Positions 61,748 to 64,000 of a DNA stretch of 64,000 nt are shown here, in pieces. The position numbers were made by a program, and so were the translations under genes. Position 1 is the stretch's first letter, and every line of letters starts with the position of its first letter. This DNA comes from Clostridia bacterium (GTDB lineage: Bacteria > Bacillota > Clostridia > Oscillospirales > Acutalibacteraceae): NCBI GenBank assembly GCA_017453685.1, contig JAFTEL010000125.1:5025-69024 (forward strand), written 5' to 3'. The notes under the pieces were generated by a model that did not search any database, was not told where the DNA came from, and saw nothing but the letters and a program-made list of their open reading frames with translations.

Positions 61748-64000
61748 TTATCGCTGGTCGATCTTCGGGAGCATCCCGAACAGCCCCTTGAAGAACCCGA
61801 CGAATTTCGCGAAGAAATTGGTCTTGACGTTGACCGTTTCCACTTCGCTTTCTTTCAGAACAGTCTTGCCGTCGGACGCGATGAGCTTGATCTGCACCGT
61901 GTATTTCGCCTTGGCTTTATCCACGCGGCAGCTTTCCTCCGTGCCCTTATCCTGGCCGTTGATATACCAGTGAACCTTGCTGCCCTCATAGATATTCTTC
62001 GCTTCATAATGGAAGGTGACCGTCGCTTTGTAATCCACGGTTCGGCTTGCGGTGAAACCGAGAATCTTGATTTCGGTGTTTTCCGCCGTTTCAACCGTCA
62101 CATCATAGGTCGCGGTTTTGGTAACGCCGTTTTCGGTGTAGCGAACGGTCACGGTCTTGCGCCCGAGCGAGCGCAGGTCGGCAGAAGCGGTGAATCCCGA
62201 TCGGACGGTTTTCTTCGTTCCGTCAGAATAGGTCACCTCAAGCGCCAAGCCCGTTGTGTCCACACTCTCGCCCGCCGCATAGATCCGTTTCTGCGGCAGG
62301 GTCGTGATGCGGATGGACGTTAACGCAACGGCTTTCACCGTCACCGTGAAGGACGCGGACACGCCCTGATAGGTCACGGTCAGGGTCTGCTCGCCCGTTT
62401 GAGCGGGATCAAACGCGCTGACGCTGTAGTCCGATGGCTGCAAAACAACCGTTTCGCCGTCGTCATATTGAACCGCTGCCGCCAGCCCCGAAAGATCAAG
62501 CGCTTCTCCGACGAAATACGCCGTTTTGGTCGGCGGCGTGACGAGCAGCGCTTCGATCGCTTTCACATGCACCGTAAACGTGGTGGTATAGCCCGCAAAG
62601 CGGATCGTGACCGTTTTATCGCCGGGCGTGGAAAGATCGGGCACGCTGACGGTGTAATTAATGCTGTCCAGAACCTCCGACGAGCCATCTTCATACACGG
62701 CGCGAACGGAAAAGCCTGTCAGATCGAGCGGCTGACCCGGAAGAACCGACGTCTGAGCCGGTGGCGTGACGATCAACTGCTCCACCGCCTTCACCGTAAC
62801 CGTAAAGGACGCGGTGAAATCCTGATAGCTGACGGTGATCTCTTTTTCACCCGCCGTGGAAGAATCCAGCGGACTAACGCGGTATTGGGAACTGTAAAGA
62901 GCGGAGGTCGAGCCGTCCGTATACCTGGCGCGCACGGACATGCCGGACAGGTTGAGCGATTCGCCGACCACATAGGTCAGCTTGCGCGGCTCGGTGAGTT
63001 CAATGGCGCAAAGGCTCTTCACCACAGTCACTTTTAAGGTGACAGTCTTGCCGTAATATTTGATAATGACGGATTTTTCGCCCGCCACGGTCGAGTTCCA
63101 GTTGGTCACGGAACAGTCGTCGAGCGAAACGGCTTTGCCGGAACAGTTGGAATAGAACGCCGAAATGCCGACGCCACTCAGATCGAGCTCATCGCCGATC
63201 TCATAAACCGTTTTCACGTTTTCCGACAGCGTCAGCTCAATACGATCGACTCCGACGTTGGCGGTTTTGATCCGCAGCGCGGGCGCCACGCCGATGTTGT
63301 TGAGCTGAACGGAATAATCGGAATCACACCGTCCGTCGGCGCTGACGATGCCGACGCGCGTTTCCTGTTTCGGCGCGTTCAGCCACCAGTTCGCGCTGTT
63401 GCTGCTTTCCCCTGCGGCAGGCATGGAAAGCCCCTGACATTTCGCGTAATCGGTCGCGGGCAAAACGCGGGCGGCGTCAGCGCTCTGCGATTCGGACGAG
63501 AAACCGTACGCGGTGTTGACGATATCGCTGCCGCTGAGCAGGGAAACGGGCTCGCCCTCACTCCCCTGCTGCGCGCCGGGATCGACGACGTTCGCCTGCT
63601 CGTCTTTGGAAAACGCCGTGTGGAAAAAGCCCTTGCTTTCCGTGTTCAGCCAGCTGCGCAGGGAGCTCGCTGACCAATCGGAGGGATTCGTCGACCCGGC
63701 GGAAGCATCGCTGAAATTGCGGTAGGCCTGACTGTCGATCACCTTGGTGCAGACCATATAGCCGGTCGACGGGTCAAGCACGCGCCAGACCAGCGGTTCA
63801 TACTTGAAGTAATAAACGGCATTTGTCTCATAGCCGTTTTGATATTGATAGGATCGTTCGGCGGCAGGCGCTTCCCCGCCGGCGGAATTCGGGCGATAAG
63901 CCGTGAAGGTGACGGCGCGGTATGTTTCGCCGTTCAGCGCGACGTCTTTATAGAACATATAGTCCGTGCCCTGCTCCGGAGCGCCCCCCGCGGCGCCGTA
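61748..64000 (-). CDS. Large surface protein with tandem bacterial Ig-like (Big_3-type) repeats; N-terminus beyond window
   Basis: At least 6 repeats of about 80 aa, of the form 'VTV(K/V)A(V/I)..L.VT.PP.KT.Y..GE.LDL.GL.V...Y.DG....V'. The frame stays open upstream of the listed Met to base 64000. Confidence 0.75.
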   Translation of the reverse strand, partial: YGAAGGAPEQGTDYMFYKDVALNGETYRAVTFTAYRPNSAGGEAPAAERSYQYQNGYETNAVYYFKYEPLVWRVLDPSTGYMVCTKVIDSQAYRNFSDASAGSTNPSDWSASSLRSWLNTESKGFFHTAFSKDEQANVVDPGAQQGSEGEPVSLLSGSDIVNTAYGFSSESQSADAARVLPATDYAKCQGLSMPAAGESSNSANWWLNAPKQETRVGIVSADGRCDSDYSVQLNNIGVAPALRIKTANVGVDRIELTLSENVKTVYEIGDELDLSGVGISAFYSNCSGKAVSLDDCSVTNWNSTVAGEKSVIIKYYGKTVTLKVTVVKSLCAIELTEPRKLTYVVGESLNLSGMSVRARYTDGSTSALYSSQYRVSPLDSSTAGEKEITVSYQDFTASFTVTVKAVEQLIVTPPAQTSVLPGQPLDLTGFSVRAVYEDGSSEVLDSINYTVSVPDLSTPGDKTVTIRFAGYTTTFTVHVKAIEALLVTPPTKTAYFVGEALDLSGLAAAVQYDDGETVVLQPSDYSVSAFDPAQTGEQTLTVTYQGVSASFTVTVKAVALTSIRITTLPQKRIYAAGESVDTTGLALEVTYSDGTKKTVRSGFTASADLRSLGRKTVTVRYTENGVTKTATYDVTVETAENTEIKILGFTASRTVDYKATVTFHYEAKNIYEGSKVHWYINGQDKGTEESCRVDKAKAKYTVQIKLIASDGKTVLKESEVETVNVKTNFFAKFVGFFKGLFGMLPKIDQR

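Overview
This 64-kb chromosomal window comes from a high-GC, spore-forming Firmicute. By gene content it looks like a gut Clostridia/Oscillospiraceae-type anaerobe, but that is inference only. No database searches were run; all calls rest on reading the supplied translations, my own translation of unlisted regions, and hand alignment of nucleotide motifs. I support about 58 protein genes and one tRNA-Leu(UAA). There is no rRNA, no CRISPR array, no integrase or transposase, and no obvious prophage. Most other long ORFs in the track are antisense or out-of-frame shadows typical of GC-rich DNA.

Layout:
- 1-6.4 kb: esterase, GPH-type sugar transporter, orphan E2-type acyltransferase domain and two uncharacterised proteins.
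- 6.5-11.9 kb: a visibly AT-richer five-gene, translationally coupled glycan-modification islet abutting tRNA-Leu. Gene order is GT2 polyprenyl-P glycosyltransferase, FdtA-like ketoisomerase, DegT aminotransferase, GT-C membrane transferase, radical SAM.
- 12.1-23 kb: glycan-utilisation genes. These are a lipoprotein esterase, a metallophosphoesterase, a BspA-type LRR protein, a GPH-like transporter, a small Cys-rich protein, GH51 abfA, GH5 and GH42.
- 23-26.5 kb: an RHH / SPFH-Zn-ribbon / four-helix-bundle / membrane-protein operon. The four-helix-bundle gene is enclosed by a 32-nt inverted repeat, an IVS-like cassette. This is my top finding.
- 26.5-35.7 kb: araD, GH89, folD, ftsZ, iorAB and another GPH transporter.
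- 35.8-36 kb: REP-like palindromic repeats.
- 36.1-39.7 kb: spore cortex and germination genes.
- 39.7-64 kb: housekeeping genes (sigA, dnaG, dgt-like, yigZ, rpmE, metG, tatD-family, ygiQ, ftsK, uppP, aconitase-IDH), interspersed with an LRR surface protein and a truncated Ig-repeat surface protein.

Several track ORFs needed start-codon trimming because the track takes the longest ORF with alternative starts.
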